A DNA stretch of 61,604 nt, filler included, from Chiloscyllium plagiosum (GCF_004010195.1; 3 parts of one record of this genome joined end to end with filler, not necessarily neighbours in it); one strand, 5' to 3'; positions 32,186-46,299 are shown, counted from the first letter of the whole stretch. Numbers and translations: made by a program. The notes: generated by a model from the letters alone, not told the origin.

Positions 32186-35100
32186 ACAGAACATAGAACA
32201 TAGAACAGTACAACACAGTATAAAAACCTCATACCGACCTTTTATCCTACTCTAAGATCAGACTAACCTACATACCTTTCATTTTACTATCTTCCATGTG
32301 CCTATCCAAGAGTCTCTTAAATGTTATACCCGCTGGCAGTGCATTCCACACCACCACATCTCCCCTAAACCTTCCTCCCATCACCTTAGAATTATGCCCC
32401 CTCGTGATAGCCATTTCTGCCTTGGGGAAAAGTCTCTATTTATGTCTCTCATCATCTTGTACACCTCTATCAAGTCACCTCTCATCCTTTTTCACTCGAA
32501 TGAGAAAAGCCCAAGCTCCCTCAACCTTCCTTCATAAGACATGCCCTCCAGTCCAGGCAGCATCCTGGTAAATCTCCTCTCTCTGAAGCCTCCACATCCT
32601 TCCTACAATGAGGCAACCAGAATCGAATGCAATATTACAATATTCCACGTGTGGTCTATCTGGGGCTTTGTGGAGCTGCAGAATAACCTTGCGGCTCTTA
32701 AACGTAATCACCCTGCTAATGAAAGTCAACGCACCATATGCTTTATTAACAACCCTATCAGCTTAGGTGGCAACTTTGAGGGATCTACGGACATGGACTT
32801 CAAGATCCCTCTGTTCCTCCACACAGCCAAGAATCCTGCCTTTAATCCTGTATTCTGCATTCAAATTCAACCTTCCAAAATGAATCACTTCATACATTTC
32901 CGGGTTGAACTCCATCTGCCACTTATCAGCCCAGTTCTGCATCGTGTTTAATGTCCCGTTGCAACCTACAACAGCCCTCCACATGATCCACAACTCCACT
33001 AACCTTCATGTCATCAGCAAACGTACTAACTCACCCTTCCACTTCCTCTTCCAAATCTTTTATATAAATCACAAAGAGGTCCCAGAACTGGTTACCAAGC
33101 TCCAGGCTGAATACATTTCATCTACTACCACCTTCTGTCTTCTATCGGTCAGCCAATTTTGTATCCACACAGCCAAATTTCCCTGCATACTATGCCTCCT
33201 TACTTTCCGAATGAGCCTACCATGGGAACTCTATCGAACGCCTTACTAAAATCCATGTACACTACATGCACTGCTCTACTTTCATCAATGTGTTTTGCCA
33301 TATCCTCAAAGAATTAATAAGGTTTGTGAGGCATGACCTGTCACTCACAAAGCCATGCCAGTTATCTCTTATCAAGCTATAGTTTTCCAAGTAATCATGA
33401 ATCATGTCTCTCAAAATTCTCTCCAATAATTTGCCCACCACAAACATAAAACTGACTGGTCTGTAATTCTGAGGATTATCCCTATTCCCTTTCCTGAACA
33501 AGGGAATAATATTTGCCACATTTATTGCACATTCCACATTGCACATCCTCCTTCTTAACATCAACCTGTTTGAGCATATCAATCTGTTCCACGCGGTCCT
33601 CACAAACGACAAGGTCCCTCTCAGTAGTGAATACTGAAGCAAAGTATTCATTAAGGATCTCTCCTAACTCCTCCAACTCCAGACACAAGTTCCCTCCACA
33701 TTCCCTAATCGGACCCACCCTTACTCTGGCCATCCTCTTATCCCTCACGTAAGTGTAGAATGCCTAGGAGTTTCCTTAATCCTACCCACAAAAGATTGCT
33801 CATTTCTCCTTTAGCTCTTCTGAGTCCATTCTTCAGTTCCTTCCTGGCTACCTTGGAACCATATAGAGCCCTGTCTGATCCTTGCCTCCTCAACCTTACA
33901 TAAGCTTCCTTCTTCCTCTTGACTAGATGCTCCACATCCCTTGTCACCCGTGGTTCTTTAAACCTACCATCCCTTCCTTGCCTCAGTGGGACAAAGCTGT
34001 CCAGCACTATCAGCAAGCGCTTCTTAAACCTCCACATTTCCGTCATGCATTTCCCTGAGAACATCTGTTCCCAATTTGGGTGCCCCATTTCCTATCTAAA
34101 AACATTATAATTCCCACTCCCCCAATTACATACTTCCCCATACCGTCTGTTCCTATCCCTCTCCATGAGTTAAGTAAAGGTCAGGGAGTTTTTATTACTA
34201 TCACTGAAATGCTCTCCCACCAAGAGATCTGACAGCTGACCTCGCTCGTTACCAAGCACCAAATCCAATATGGCCTCCCCTCTAGTTGGCCTATCTACAC
34301 ATTGAGTCAGGAGTACTTCCTGGACACACCTGACAAAAACTGCTCCATCTAAACTGTTTGAACTAAGGAGGTTCCAATCAATATTAGGGAAATTAAAATC
34401 ACCCATGACAACAACCCTATTACTTCTGCACCTTTCCAAAATTTGCCTCCCAATCTGCTCCTCTGTGTCCCTGTTGCTATTGGGGGAGGGGGGGGGGTCT
34501 GTAGAAAACTCCCAATAAAGTGACTGCTCCTTTTCTGTTTCTGACTTCCATCCATACTGACTCTGTACAGAAACCCTCCTCAACAACTTCCCTTTCTGTA
34601 GCTGTGATACTATCCCTGATTAGCAATGCCACTCTCCCACCTCTTTTTTTCTCCCTTTTGAAACATCTAAACCCTGGAACATTCAACAACCATTCCTGCC
34701 TCTATGGTATCCAAGTCTCCGTAATGGCCACAACATCATAATTCCAAGTACTGATCCATGCTCTGCGTTCATCACCATTATTCCTAATACTTCTTGTGTT
34801 AAAATAGACACACTTCAACCCATCACACTGACTGCACCTTTGCCCTATCAAGTACCTATCCCTCCTCACAGGCTCCCTGCGCACTATATCTAGCTGTTCA
34901 CTACCTACTCCATCATCTGATCCGTAGCTCCTACAAATCTTGCAGCAACCTACAAATCTGACGCCCTCCTCCTACACCAGCCCTGCAGCCACATGTTCAT
35001 CTGCACTCACTCACTGTTCCTAGCCACACTAGTATGTAGAACTGGTGGCAATCTTGAGATTACTATTCTGCTCATTCTGCCTTCTGGCTTCCAGCCTGAC

Positions 35101-36070
35101 TCCCTATATTGTCTTTTCAGGCCCTCCTCCCTTTCCCTACCTATGTTATCGGTACCAATGTGTGCCATGACCTCTGGCTGCTCTCCCTCCCCCTTATGAA
35201 TCCTGCAGACTAAATCTGAGACATCCTTGACTCTGGCATCTGGGGCAGAACACACCATCTTGGTGTCTTGTTCATGACCATAGAATCACTGGCCTTTTCC
35301 TCTCACTATTAAATCTCCTCCCTTCCCTTCTGTGCCACAGAGCCAGGGTCAGTGCCAGAAACCTGGCCACTGTGGCTTTCCCCTGGTAGGTCGACCACAC
35401 CAACATTATCCAAAATGATATACTTATTATTGAGGGAAGCAGCCACATGGTGTCCCTACACTGTCTGCTTTTTCTCTTTCCCTCTCCCAATGGTCATCCA
35501 GCTACTTTTATCACATAGCTTAGGTGTGACTATCTCCCTATAACTCCTCTCTCTCACCCCTTCAGCCTCCCGAATGATCCGTAGTTCATCCAGCTCCAGC
35601 TCCAGTTCCCTAATGTAGTCTGTGAGGAGCTGGAGTTGGGTGCACTTCTTGCAGGTGAAGTCAGCAGGGACACCAGTGGTGACCCTTACATCCCACATCC
35701 TGCAAGAGGAACATGCAACCACCCTAGCCTCCATCCCCTCTCCTCTAAATTGCCAAGAGAGGTTGAATGAATGAGAAAAAAAGCCTTACTTTACCAACCT
35801 TTCACACACGGTCTTTTTATTTGGTTAGAGGAGGAGGACGGGTGTGAAACACTACATGTGTAGTGTCTCAGGTTTAGCCATAACCTGAATATATGAGTTC
35901 ATGAGCCCAGCTATCCCTGTGTCCATATCCACTCCTGTTGAGCCTTAGCTTCACCTATTCATGAGGTAAGTCTTTATGAAGGAAATTTACCTTCCCAGCA
36001 GCTTCCTGGTTCATGCTCTCACCACTCTCACTGATGTAAATGGAGACCGCTGATTCATGAGGTAAGTCTT
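32186..36070 (-). mobile_element. Near full-span CR1 LINE (5'UTR, ORF1, ORF2, tail), decayed
   Basis: ORF1 N-terminus MEARVVACSSCRMW..CKKCTQLQLL..ELELELDEL (35456-35734), esterase HIGTDNI, APE (YFNTRSI, AITETW, MGDFNFPNIDW), RT pieces and (AGAACAT)n tail at ~32188. Confidence 0.9.
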
Positions 36071-36599
36071 TAAGAGCTTGGCCCTTCAGGATATTTTTAA
36101 CAATTAATTTTTATACTATATTATTTTTATTTTTTATACTATTTGTGCTCTGACTTCCTGCAGATTCACCACAGCAACAATGGTTACCAGAAGAGGAGGG
36201 TGATTGCGAAAAAGAGGATGAGATCCAAGAAACACACCCGTTAAGGCTATGTGAACTTGTTGTGTCACAACAGCATAGTATCACTGTAGATCTGGCTACA
36301 TCAATGCTTCCATCTAAGCACCAACCCCAACTGCCCCATTCTATTCTCTCACTCACATTCCTGTGCAGTGCTGCTAATCTTACCAAACACAACCACGCCT
36401 TCAATACTGACTCTCTGCCAGTAGATTAGCTCTCATGACTGAAAGTTACAGTTTAAATTCCAAAATTCCCAGCCTTAAGCAAGATTTTAACAATGCCTCC
36501 ATTGGACAACCGGTTAGAGCTTAATTAATCAAAGAAGTAGTTCACGCCAGTTCCTCTGTAAGTGGGACAGCTAGACCTTTTGTGATCAGAGCATATAAA

Positions 36600-37270
36600 T
36601 GTGACTCACAAACCCTGTACTCAAGATCAGAGGGACCTTAATGCACATATTCACAAATTCCTGAAGGTAGTATCACAGGTTAATAATGCATTTGGGACAC
36701 TTTCCTTTTATAGACAAGGTATAGGAGAGAAAAGGTTATACTGAACAATGTAAATTGCTGGTCAGGTCACAATTGGAATATTGTGTGCATCCTGGTCACC
36801 ACATTGCAGGAAGGATGTGAATAAACTAGAGAGGGTGTAGAAGAGAGTTACCGGGATGCTGCCTGGGGCCTGAGCTAAGAGAGAAGAGTGGATAGGCTGG
36901 GGTTATATTTCTTGGAGGAGTGAAGCCTAAGAGGAGATCTGACAGAGTTGTATAAGATTATAAGGGACATAGAGGGATAAGAAGACACTTTTTCCATTGA
37001 TATATGGGTCAATAACCAGGGGCATAGATTTAAGGTTAAATGTTAAAAGGGCAGATAAGGATAATATTTTTCACTCAGAGAGTGATGGGAGATTAGAACT
37101 CCATGTCTGAAAGGGTGGTTGAGCTTGTAACATCTAAGAAATATTTAGATGTTCACTTATATTGCCATAGGCTCCAGGGAATTGTAGCAAAAGCTAGAAA
37201 TGGGATTAGTGTCGTCTGATCATTGACTGGACAAACATGATGGACCAATGGTCTCGTTCTGTGCTGTAAA
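36600..37270 (+). mobile_element. Old CR1 3' fragment
   Basis: Degenerate GGAATATTGTGTGCA..TGGTCACCACA..AGGAAGGATGTG..CTAGAGAGGGTG.AGAAGAGA. Confidence 0.75.
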
Positions 37271-38149
37271 TGTCCATGAGCCTATTTGCCTTTATGAGGT
37301 GATTGTGAATTGTGAAATGGTTGAAAATGACCAATTCTGTCACAGTGAAACCACTGTGTGCCGCCAGATGGGCATTCTTAACATCTGCATTTCCATGGTG
37401 CACCAAGATGTCCAAGCCCTTCAAAATGGTGCTTTCTGCCTTTTCCAAATGTTGACAGACTCCTTGTTTTATTGGTTGGGCCTAGCCAACTGACAGGCTC
37501 AGGCTACAGCCTTAGAGAAGTCCCGAATGTTATCTCAATTTCACACTCCTCATCACTCAGCCTACCTCATATTCAGGACTGCCTGCGCTAATGTTAAGTT
37601 TTCTCTAGATTGTGAAAAATGAGAGAGTTTCTTCATTGAGGATCCTACTTTCAAAATGGTGTAACCATATGAACTGGCCAATCTACTTAAATCAAAATGA
37701 AGAAGTTTGCCACTTCTCCTGGCTTCTACGACTGTGGTTGGACCAGGTATGTTCAATAATGAGCTTCTTCTTGGGTCTATAATAGTTGTCGAATGACAAC
37801 AATACAGACTGAAAATCTGCTAAGATTTCATCAACACTTTACATGGTGAGGATTTAATCTAAAATGGTGTCACCGACTGTGTCTCTGAAAGTACTGACCT
37901 GGAGCAGGTTGCTGCTTCAAATAGTAATGATGGATTTCTTTAACTAGACAGAATAGAAAAGTAGGGGCTGTCTCCCTTGGAGAAGTGAAGATTCACTGGA
38001 TATATGATCAAAGTGTTAAAAAAGAAGTCACAAAGGATCTGGATATAGTTGATAACAAGAAACTGTTCCTGTTTGGAGAAGCATATTTGTACATGATGTA
38101 CAGACTGGCTTGCAGTAGTCATGTGACTGCTGCATCTGCTGTAGCTTGC

Positions 38150-38340
38150 TGGCAGCCATTACTTAACATCAAGAGTGTAGGCCAGACCAAGTGAGGATGT
38201 CAGATTTCCTTCCCTAAAGGACATTAATGATCTAGACTGGCTTTTTCAGCAATCATGTCAGGGCGATCATTAGATTCTTAATTCCAAATTCCTTTTTTAT
38301 TTTATTCAAATTTCACCAACTGCCATGGCGGGATTCGAAA
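38150..38340 (-). mobile_element. Deu-domain SINE remnant (SacSINE1/AmnSINE1-like)
   Basis: CAGATTTCCTTCCCTAAAGGACATTA and CAAATTTCACCAACTGCCATGGCGGGATTCGAA (reverse B box). Recognised from memory of the family. Confidence 0.6.
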
Positions 38341-38559
38341 GTATTTTCTTAAACACTTCATTAAAAAAATAACTCACTTCATTAACATTCAGCTTCTACC
38401 TCATCACGACAAAAAGTAAGACATTGAGAAATTTCGAGAAGTTAATCACTAGCTCCAACCTGCCTCCATGTTGCTCAGCACCAAGCAACATTTCAGGGTA
38501 TGGTCCATAGGGCATCAATGGTACATGCCCCGGAGAAGATTTTAAGGAATTAATCACAG

Positions 38560-39671
38560 AAAGGTACTTCAGCAAGGCATTTGATAAGGTTCTCCATGGT
38601 AGGCTCATTCAGAAGGTCAGGAGGAATGGGATTCAGGGGAATATAGCTGTCTGGATACAGAATTGGCTGGCCAACAGAAGACAGCGAGTGGGAGTAGAAG
38701 GAAAATATTCTGCCTGGAAGTCTGTGGTGAGTGGTGTTCCACTGGGCTCTGTCCTTGGGCCTCTATTGTTTGTAATTTTTACTAATGACTTGGATGAGGG
38801 GATTGAAGGATGGGTCAGCAAGTTTGCAGATGACACAAAGGTTGGAGGTGTTGTTGATAGTATAGAGGGCTGTTGTAGGCTGCAGCGGGACATTGACAGG
38901 ATGCAGAGATGGGCTGAGAGTTGGCAGATAGAGTTCAACCTGGATAAATGCGAGGTGATGCATTTTGGAAGGTCGAATTTGAAAGCTGAGTACAGGATTA
39001 AGGATAGGATTCTTGGTAGTGTGGAGTAACAGAGGGATCTTGGGGTGCAGGTACATAGATCCCTTAAAATGGCCACCCAAGTGAACAGGGATGTTAAGAA
39101 AGCATATGGTGTTTTGGCTTTCATTAACAGGGGTATTGAGTTTAAGAATCGTGAGATCTTGTTGCAGCTCTATAAAACTTTGATTAGACAGCACTTGGAA
39201 TTTTGCGTCCAGTTCTGGTCGCCCTATTATAAGAAAGATGTGGATGCTTTGGAGCGGGTTCAGAGGAGGTTGACTGAGCTCGGACTTTTTCATTGGAGAA
39301 AAGGAGGAGAAGAGGAGACCTAATTGAGGTATACAAGATAATGAGAGGCATAGATAGAGTCGATAGCCAGAGACTATTTCCCAGGACAGAAATGACTAAC
39401 ATGAGGGGTCATAGTTTTAAGCTGGTTGGAGGAAAGTATAGAGGGGATGTCAGAGACGGGTTCTTTACACAGAGAGTTGTGAGAGCATGGAATGCGTTGC
39501 CAGCAGCAGTTGTGGAGGCAGGGTCATTGGGGACATTTAAGAGACTCCTCGACATGCATATGGTCACAGAAATTTGAGGGTGCATACATGAGGATCAGTG
39601 GTCGGCACAACATCATGAGCTGAAGGGCCTGTTCTGTGCTGTACTGTTCTATGTTCTATGTTCTATGTTCT
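38560..39671 (+). mobile_element. CR1 LINE 3' fragment
   Basis: SGVPLGSVLGPLLFVIFTNDL..SKFADDTK; EFCVQFWSPYYKKDV; (TTCTATG)n tail. Confidence 0.92.
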
Positions 39672-42309
39672 AAAACCTGTGTCTTCAAACAGACAGTCAA
39701 TGCCAAATATAACAAGGAACTGGGAAGCTACTTCTGGTAAGAAGGCAAGCTGCAGACTTGATGATTTTGAGGACCAGTGAATAATTTGAATGAAGGAATC
39801 TAAAGAATCATCAATAATGTCACATCATAGACCTGAAGGATAAATAAGAATCCAACACCAGAACAATTCAGCAGCAGAAATTCAAAGAACAACACTGCAT
39901 AAGGATCAAACCCTGGATATCAGAGACAGACACTGTTGGTTGAAATCAGAGCTAAATTCAACCATTAATTGGGTAATAGCCAAGTTGGGCTGTGAGGTTT
40001 AACTTGCTTGTTTGAGGGATTATTTTGATTGCTACATGCAATATAATTTAAATCATTGTTTCAGTTTGTGATTCTCTGTGAGATTTCTTAATATGTAGCT
40101 AATTTAAAGGTATGTTATGGTAATTTACCCACAACATTGGCATTGACACAACATTGCTTATCCTATGCTGTAGTCAGAAAGGCCAAACAATTCTCAGGTC
40201 CAAACTCCATTTCATTTATACTCATGAGCAACAAACCAGGTTCTAATGCAATTTGTTAATTTGATGTCATAAAGAATGGGTGAGTTTGTGCAGAGGTTGC
40301 TCATAGTTCATGCTTGTTGGGGACATAGTAAGAAGCAGGAAGATTATTTGAGGTCTGTATACTCTGCCAGCCCCACACACCTGGTTTATTTTTAAATTCT
40401 GAATAGTCCCTGAGTTTTATTACAGGTTCCTATATCATTGCTTATTTGGAAAAATTGGAATAAACAAATATTTCCACAAGCCCGATTTCCCTTTGAAAAC
40501 TGAAATCCCCCACTGGTTGTAGGATCTTAATTTATATATTTAAATAGCTTGCCATCTGTTTTAAGTGCTTGTTAACAATGTGCCTAAAAATCAAATCCAT
40601 TTCAGGAATACAAGACTAGATTCCCTACCAGAAATTATTTGCCCACTTGAGAAGTAGGTAATGAGTTATTGAAATTTCTATGCAGGGTGTAAAAAAAAAC
40701 TAGACTCAGTTCAGAACTAATAAAAACCACAATGAAACATTCAGATTCTTCTGGATATATGATTTAATATGTGTCAAATGACCTTTGCCATTGGTATTAT
40801 TATATAGTCTTGTAAGGTAAAGTCTTTAAATAATACACAGGAAGTGTATTGTTAAACTGATATGAATATTGTCTTATTTCTTCACAATTATTGCTCCAAT
40901 ACTTTACATCGTCATGGGAAAGATATATTAGCAATGCAAGCTGCTACTTACATGTACTATATTGACAATCACATTTCTGACTCATTTCCTTTTGACAATT
41001 TATTTGATGAACTATTGCATTTGAAGATGGGACTGTATATTTGTTAGAGGGTCAAAGTTAACTTTGTTTAGACAGCTGACATGAGTTGAATATTTGAATT
41101 TGTATAAACATTGCACTTTCAGTTGCAACATCCACTTGGCAGATCTGTCTTAAAGCCACATTTACTCATCTTACCACCAATTAGTTGCGATAGTGCAATC
41201 CTTCAAATTACCTGGCTGCTCACATTCCTGTATACAATGAGACAGGTTGCACCCAGACAATGAGAGCCATCTCTCTATCATTCACTCAACTTCAGCCTCA
41301 GCTGAAGTAACCAAGTGTCTGCTGCACTCCATCCCATTCCCATCCCATTCCATCCCAGACCTTTATCCATTAATTGATTCTTTATTGCATTCATTACAGA
41401 TCATCATTGAAATTACTTGAAGCGATGCATTATTTGGATGTTGCAGAAGTGATAGGTCATTTTTGATCAGCAATCAACCTGTACTTAAGTCATTGCTGCA
41501 AACTTCACCATCGCTGAGATCCCAATGTTCACTTTGCAAGGACCAATGGGATGGTGCAAATCACCTTTGACCAGCATTTGAGCCCAAAGCAACTTCACGC
41601 TGCATTTATTGCAAATAGTCATTGAAATAATTGTACGTTAAATGTAGCTAGGGTTCACAAATGCCTGCTTAATGTACTTGTGTCTTTGATATCCTAACAT
41701 TCAGCAAATGTTGATCGCAAACTTTTATCCATCAAAATGGCACTGACTCTGCCCACTGCGGGTATTGCCCCAGCCATTTTCCAGATGCACTTCACAATGA
41801 GAGAAGGGCAAAATGATGGTAGGGGATAAAGCCCTATCAGCACTGGGATCTGCCTGATCAACAAGTAACACCATCACTACCACCCATGCTGAGACTCCAC
41901 ATCCCCTTTTACTTCACATTACCCTGACAGCCCATTTCCATTCTACCCCATAAGTGGAGATAGACCACATTGAACTTCACTTCCAACAGTTCTCTCTGTC
42001 CCCTGAGCCCAACTTTGAATGCTAATGATGCCCGTCCTGGTCCTCTATACTCCCTCTATGGAAGATATATTGGTGGTCACTGCCAATAGTACCCCTCAGC
42101 CCCCATGGCCTCCTATCCATGTGGATGCTGCTCCACATACTCTTCATGGACCTTGAGATTCCTCCTCCATCCTCCTTGTTTCTACCCTCTAAAAATGCCT
42201 CTGCTTCTCCCTCCTGAGCCTTGACACCCCCACCCCTTTTCACAGTGATTTCCCCACTGTCCCTCTATAGGGCCCTCTTGCACGTTCCATGACAGGGTGA
42301 ACACAGGAA

Positions 42310-42600
42310 GGAAGTTCCTGAGGACTTGGGAATCCAGAGCCAGGGGTCACAGTTCAAAGATACAGGGTAGGTCATTTAGAACTGAGGTGAGGAGATATTT
42401 CTTCACCCAGAGACTGGTGAACCTGTGGAATTCCCAGCCACAAAATGTGGTTGAGGCAAAAAATTGAATGTTTTCAAAAAGGAGTAAGATATAGTTCTTA
42501 GGTTATGGGGAGAAAGCAGGAATGGGGTGGTGAGTTGTATGATCAGCCATGATTTTTTGAAGACCTGAATGGCCTACTCGTGTTCCCATTTTCCATGTGT
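42310..42600 (+). mobile_element. CR1 3' end fragment
   Basis: AGGGGTCACAG..TTTCTTCACCCAGAGA.TGGTGAACCTGTGGAATTC..GATCAGCCATGAT. Confidence 0.75.
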
Positions 42601-42941
42601 TTGGGCTAAACATTGTGCAATCCTTTGTGAACATTTCCATTTTTGACCAACCTGTGGAACTGTAACCATGACGTTCACTTGGTGAGATGACTGACAGCTA
42701 TATTTCTTTGTGCAAAGTATGGCTTGGACCAGTGGAGAGTTTTCTTCCAATACCCATGAACTTAATTTTGAGGGGGCTTCTTAATACCAGCTTTGGTCAC
42801 CTTGATGCCCCGAGCACTCATTCTCACCCCACCTCTGGTATTTGGCTCTTTTGTCTTTTGTTTGGGCCAAAGCTGTAATAAGGTCAGGAGCTAAGCATTC
42901 TGTCAGAACCCTAACTGGGCATCAGTGACCAAGTTATTGTT

Positions 42942-43160
42942 AAAAATCACACAACACCAGCTTATAGTCCAATAGGTTTATTTGGAAGCGACTAGATTTT
43001 GGAGCGCTGCTCCTTCATCATGTAGCTCCACAGTTACCTGATGAAGGAGCAGCACTCCAAAAGCTAGTGCTTCCAAGTAAACCAGTTGGACTATAACCTG
43101 ATGTGTTGTGACTTTTTTTTAATTGTCCACCCCAGTCCAAAACTAGCTCCTCCACATCCA
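42942..43160. mobile_element. Short Penelope insertion: ~80-bp inverted arms with decayed hammerhead motifs and 8-bp TSD, inside an L2-like remnant
   Basis: 42942-43020 is the reverse complement of ~43039-43118. CTGATGAAGGAGCAGCACTCCAAAAGCTAGTG at 43038. TTATTGTT at 42934-42941 and 43161-43168. Confidence 0.8.
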
Positions 43161-43358
43161 TTATTGTTGAGTAAATACTGATTGGGAGCACTGTTGACAA
43201 CACCTTACATTAGTTTCTAATGATCGGGAATAGACTTATGGTGTACAAATTGTTTGGGTTAGATTTGTCTTGTTTGTTTGTAGACAGGACATACATTGAC
43301 TCTTTTCCACACTTTGGGGTTGGGTAGATGCCAATATTGTAGCTGTACTGTAGCTGTA

Positions 43359-43676
43359 TTAGAACATAGAACATAGAACATAGAAGAATACAGCGCAGTA
43401 CAGGCCCTTTGGCCCTCTATGTTGCGCCGATCCAAGCCCACCTGACCTACACTAGCCCACTATCCTCCATATGCCTATCCAATGCCCGCTTAAATGCCCA
43501 TAAAGAGGGAGAGTCCACCACTGCTACTGGCAGGGCATTCCATGAACTCACGACTCGCTGAGTAAAGAACCTACCCCTAACATCTGTCCTATACCTACCA
43601 CCCCTTAATTTAAAGCTATGCCCCCTCGTAATAGCTGACTCCATACGTAGAAAAAGGTTCTCACGGTCAACCCTAT
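43359..43676 (-). mobile_element. Young CR1 3' end, cut by a gap
   Basis: (AGAACAT)3 tail. ORF 43447-43644 (TRGHSFKLRGGRYRTDVRGRFFTQRVV). Same subfamily as 61314-61604. Confidence 0.9.
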
Positions 43677-43776
43677 NNNNNNNNNNNNNNNNNNNNNNNN
43701 NNNNNNNNNNNNNNNNNNNNTTAATTAATTAANNNNNNNNNNNNNNNNNNNNNNNNNNNNNNNNNNNNNNNNNNNN
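43677..43776. other. 100-bp scaffolding gap with TTAATTAATTAA linker (43721-43732)
   Basis: Same construct as 18143-18242. Confidence 0.95.
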
Positions 43777-43936
43777 TTCTACAACTCAATGAAGTCCAGT
43801 TGAAGGCCGAGATTGATAGATTCTTGTTGTCTCTGAGGAATTAAGGGCTACGGGGAGAACGCTGGTAAGTGGAGCTGAAATGCGCATCAGCCATGATTGA
43901 ATGGCGGAGTGGACTCGATGGGCCGAATGGCCTTAC
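43777..43936 (+). mobile_element. CR1 3' end
   Basis: ATCAGCCATGATTGAATGGCGGAGTGGACTCGATGGGCCGAATGGCC..CTCCTATGTCTTATGG. Confidence 0.75.
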
Positions 43937-44211
43937 TTCCACTCCTATGTCTTATGGACCCGCCGAAGCGCAACCCACCCATACTCCTACCTTTACCCCT
44001 TACCTAACACTATGGGCAATTTAGCATGGCCAATTCACCTGACCTGCACAACTTTGGACTGTGGGAGGAAACCGGAGCACCCGGAGGAAACCCACGCAGA
44101 CACAGGGAGAACGTGCAAACTCCACACAGTCAGTCGCCTGAGGTGGGAATTGAACCCGGGTCTCTGGCGCTGTGAGGCAGCAGTGCTAACCACTGTGCCA
44201 CCGTGCCGCCC
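43937..44211 (-). mobile_element. HE1-type V-SINE lacking its 3' tail
   Basis: tRNA-derived head (reverse complement GGGCGGCACGGTGGCACAGTGGTTAGC..GGTTCAATTCC) plus V core. Confidence 0.9.
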
Positions 44212-44990
44212 GTTATCTACCTAAATGCTTTTCAAGGCACCCAACACCACCACCACCTTTCTATTCACATGCCCTAGAATGTGAACATACCCCTCCCTAA
44301 TCTTGCCATCATCCATGTTCTTCTTGGTGAATACTGATGTGAAGTAGTTATTAAGGACCTCATCCACTTCCTCTGGCTTCATGCATAAACTCCTCCCTTT
44401 GTCCTTGAGTGGACCTATCCTTTCTCTTGCTACCCTCTTGCTCCTAATATATGTATAAAATGTCTTGAAATTCTCTTTAATCGTACTTGACAAGAATATT
44501 TCATGGGCACCTTTTACCCCTCCTAATTCCTTCTCCAAAATATCTTATGCATCCTTTATATTCCCCAAGCACCTTGTCTCATTTCAGTTTCTTAATACTT
44601 ATATATGCTTGCTTTTTCTTTTAGATTAAACTTTCACTATCTTGGTCATCCAAGGTCCCTCAATCTTGTCATTTTCAACTTTTATCTTCACAGGAACGTG
44701 CTGGTACTGAGCTCAGATCAACTGGACTTTAAAAGATTCTCACATGTCAGATATGAATTTGCCCTCAATTTAATTTCTCCAGTTTCTTCCTAAAACTATT
44801 GTAATTAGCCATCTCCAATTTAGCACTTTCACCTGGGGATCAGCCTTATTCTTATTCATAACTATCTTAAAAACTTAAGGAATTATTATCAGTGTTCCCA
44901 AAATGCTCTCCCAATGAAACTTTGATAGCCTGACTAGGTTAACTACCCAATCCAAGGTCTAGTTAAACTGTCAACATATTGTTTCAAGAA
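44212..44990 (-). mobile_element. CR1 ORF2 fragment (post-endonuclease region)
   Basis: KENFKTFYTYIRSKRVARERIGPLKD..EVLNNYFTSVFT. Confidence 0.8.
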
Positions 44991-46299
44991 ACCCTTCATC
45001 AACATTCCTCCATAGCCTTAGTAATTTTCCATCCGTGTCTTGGTTCACATCACAAATATTTCGCATCTACTATTAAACATCTGCTATTTTCTCATTTGTT
45101 CTTGAGATATGATTTTGCCTCCTGCAGGATATTTTATCTAATGTGGCAATGCTTATGCTATATCTCATAACTTAAGAAATTAGGAGTAAGTATTATGATA
45201 TTGAAGGGTCTAACAGACATTTATTACAGCTAATTGTTATATTCAAGCATTACATTGCTCAGGCACATAATGTTTGGACTTGATTTAAGCTAATAAGTCA
45301 CAAGAGAGTAGCATGCATCATGTAGTGTGTCCTCCATTTTATCCAGGGTCACATGCTGTATTAGTGATGATGTCATGAATATGTCTCTTAAGTGTATACT
45401 GACCATGAGCCATAACACAAAGTGTGAATCTCTTTAGTAAGGCTAGTATTTATTGTTCTTCCTAATTGCTCCTAAGAACTGAACTGGCTTCATTTTAGGC
45501 ATCTTTAGCTTGTTTACTAATAAGTATAGGGGGAATACGGGAAGGTGCTAAACCAAAGAAGGAAACCTTTTGTTCTTCATGTAAATTTTACTGGCCGCAG
45601 AGTATTTCTTCCTCATTAGCAGATAGCCTTTAAATATAATAATTAAGAAAGACTGCAATGGGTTAATTATCTTTAGTAAGACTCCCAACATCCTAACATT
45701 TCGACAGCTAATTAAAATGGTTGCATAAGTGCGTAATAAATTTTAAGGTTTTCATTTAAATGTTTACCATTCCAGGTGAACTCAATTCTCTGCCCTTATG
45801 GAGCTTGTGTTAAAAGGTTTGATTTAGGGCCTAACAATTTGCTCCTAATGGGAACCTGCATTTGGAAATAATTGTTTATGGGTGTTGGAATCCCACAATC
45901 TTTAGTCAGTTGAAGTAATTTGTGTCAGATGTGCAGTCAGTCATCAATCATGAATGCTGTACACTTTGTATAACTTAAACCACACGTCACATATGTACAG
46001 AACACAATGCAAAGAAAATGTACTGTTTAGAAATCATGACTGGTCTAGAAGTAGGTAAGTTGTAACCCACTTTTAATATGAATTGATCTTGTTTTCATTT
46101 TGCAAGGTAAGTTCCAGCAGTAAAATGGGAAGCCACTGGAACAGAATTAATGAGCAGAATTTTTCATTTTCACCAAGTGTCTCGCATAAAAGACAGTAAG
46201 AAACCTCAGCTGACTCTTCAGAGAAAGGCTTTTTGTACTTCTCTACTGGTCATGTTGGCCTATATGAGAGCCCAGGCACATAGCAATGTAATTGACTAT

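Noticed and set aside
36164..36330. Acceptor-like site followed by an acidic stretch (EEEGDCEKEDEIQE)
   Set aside because: No convincing donor or recognisable homology; possibly a decayed transposon piece.
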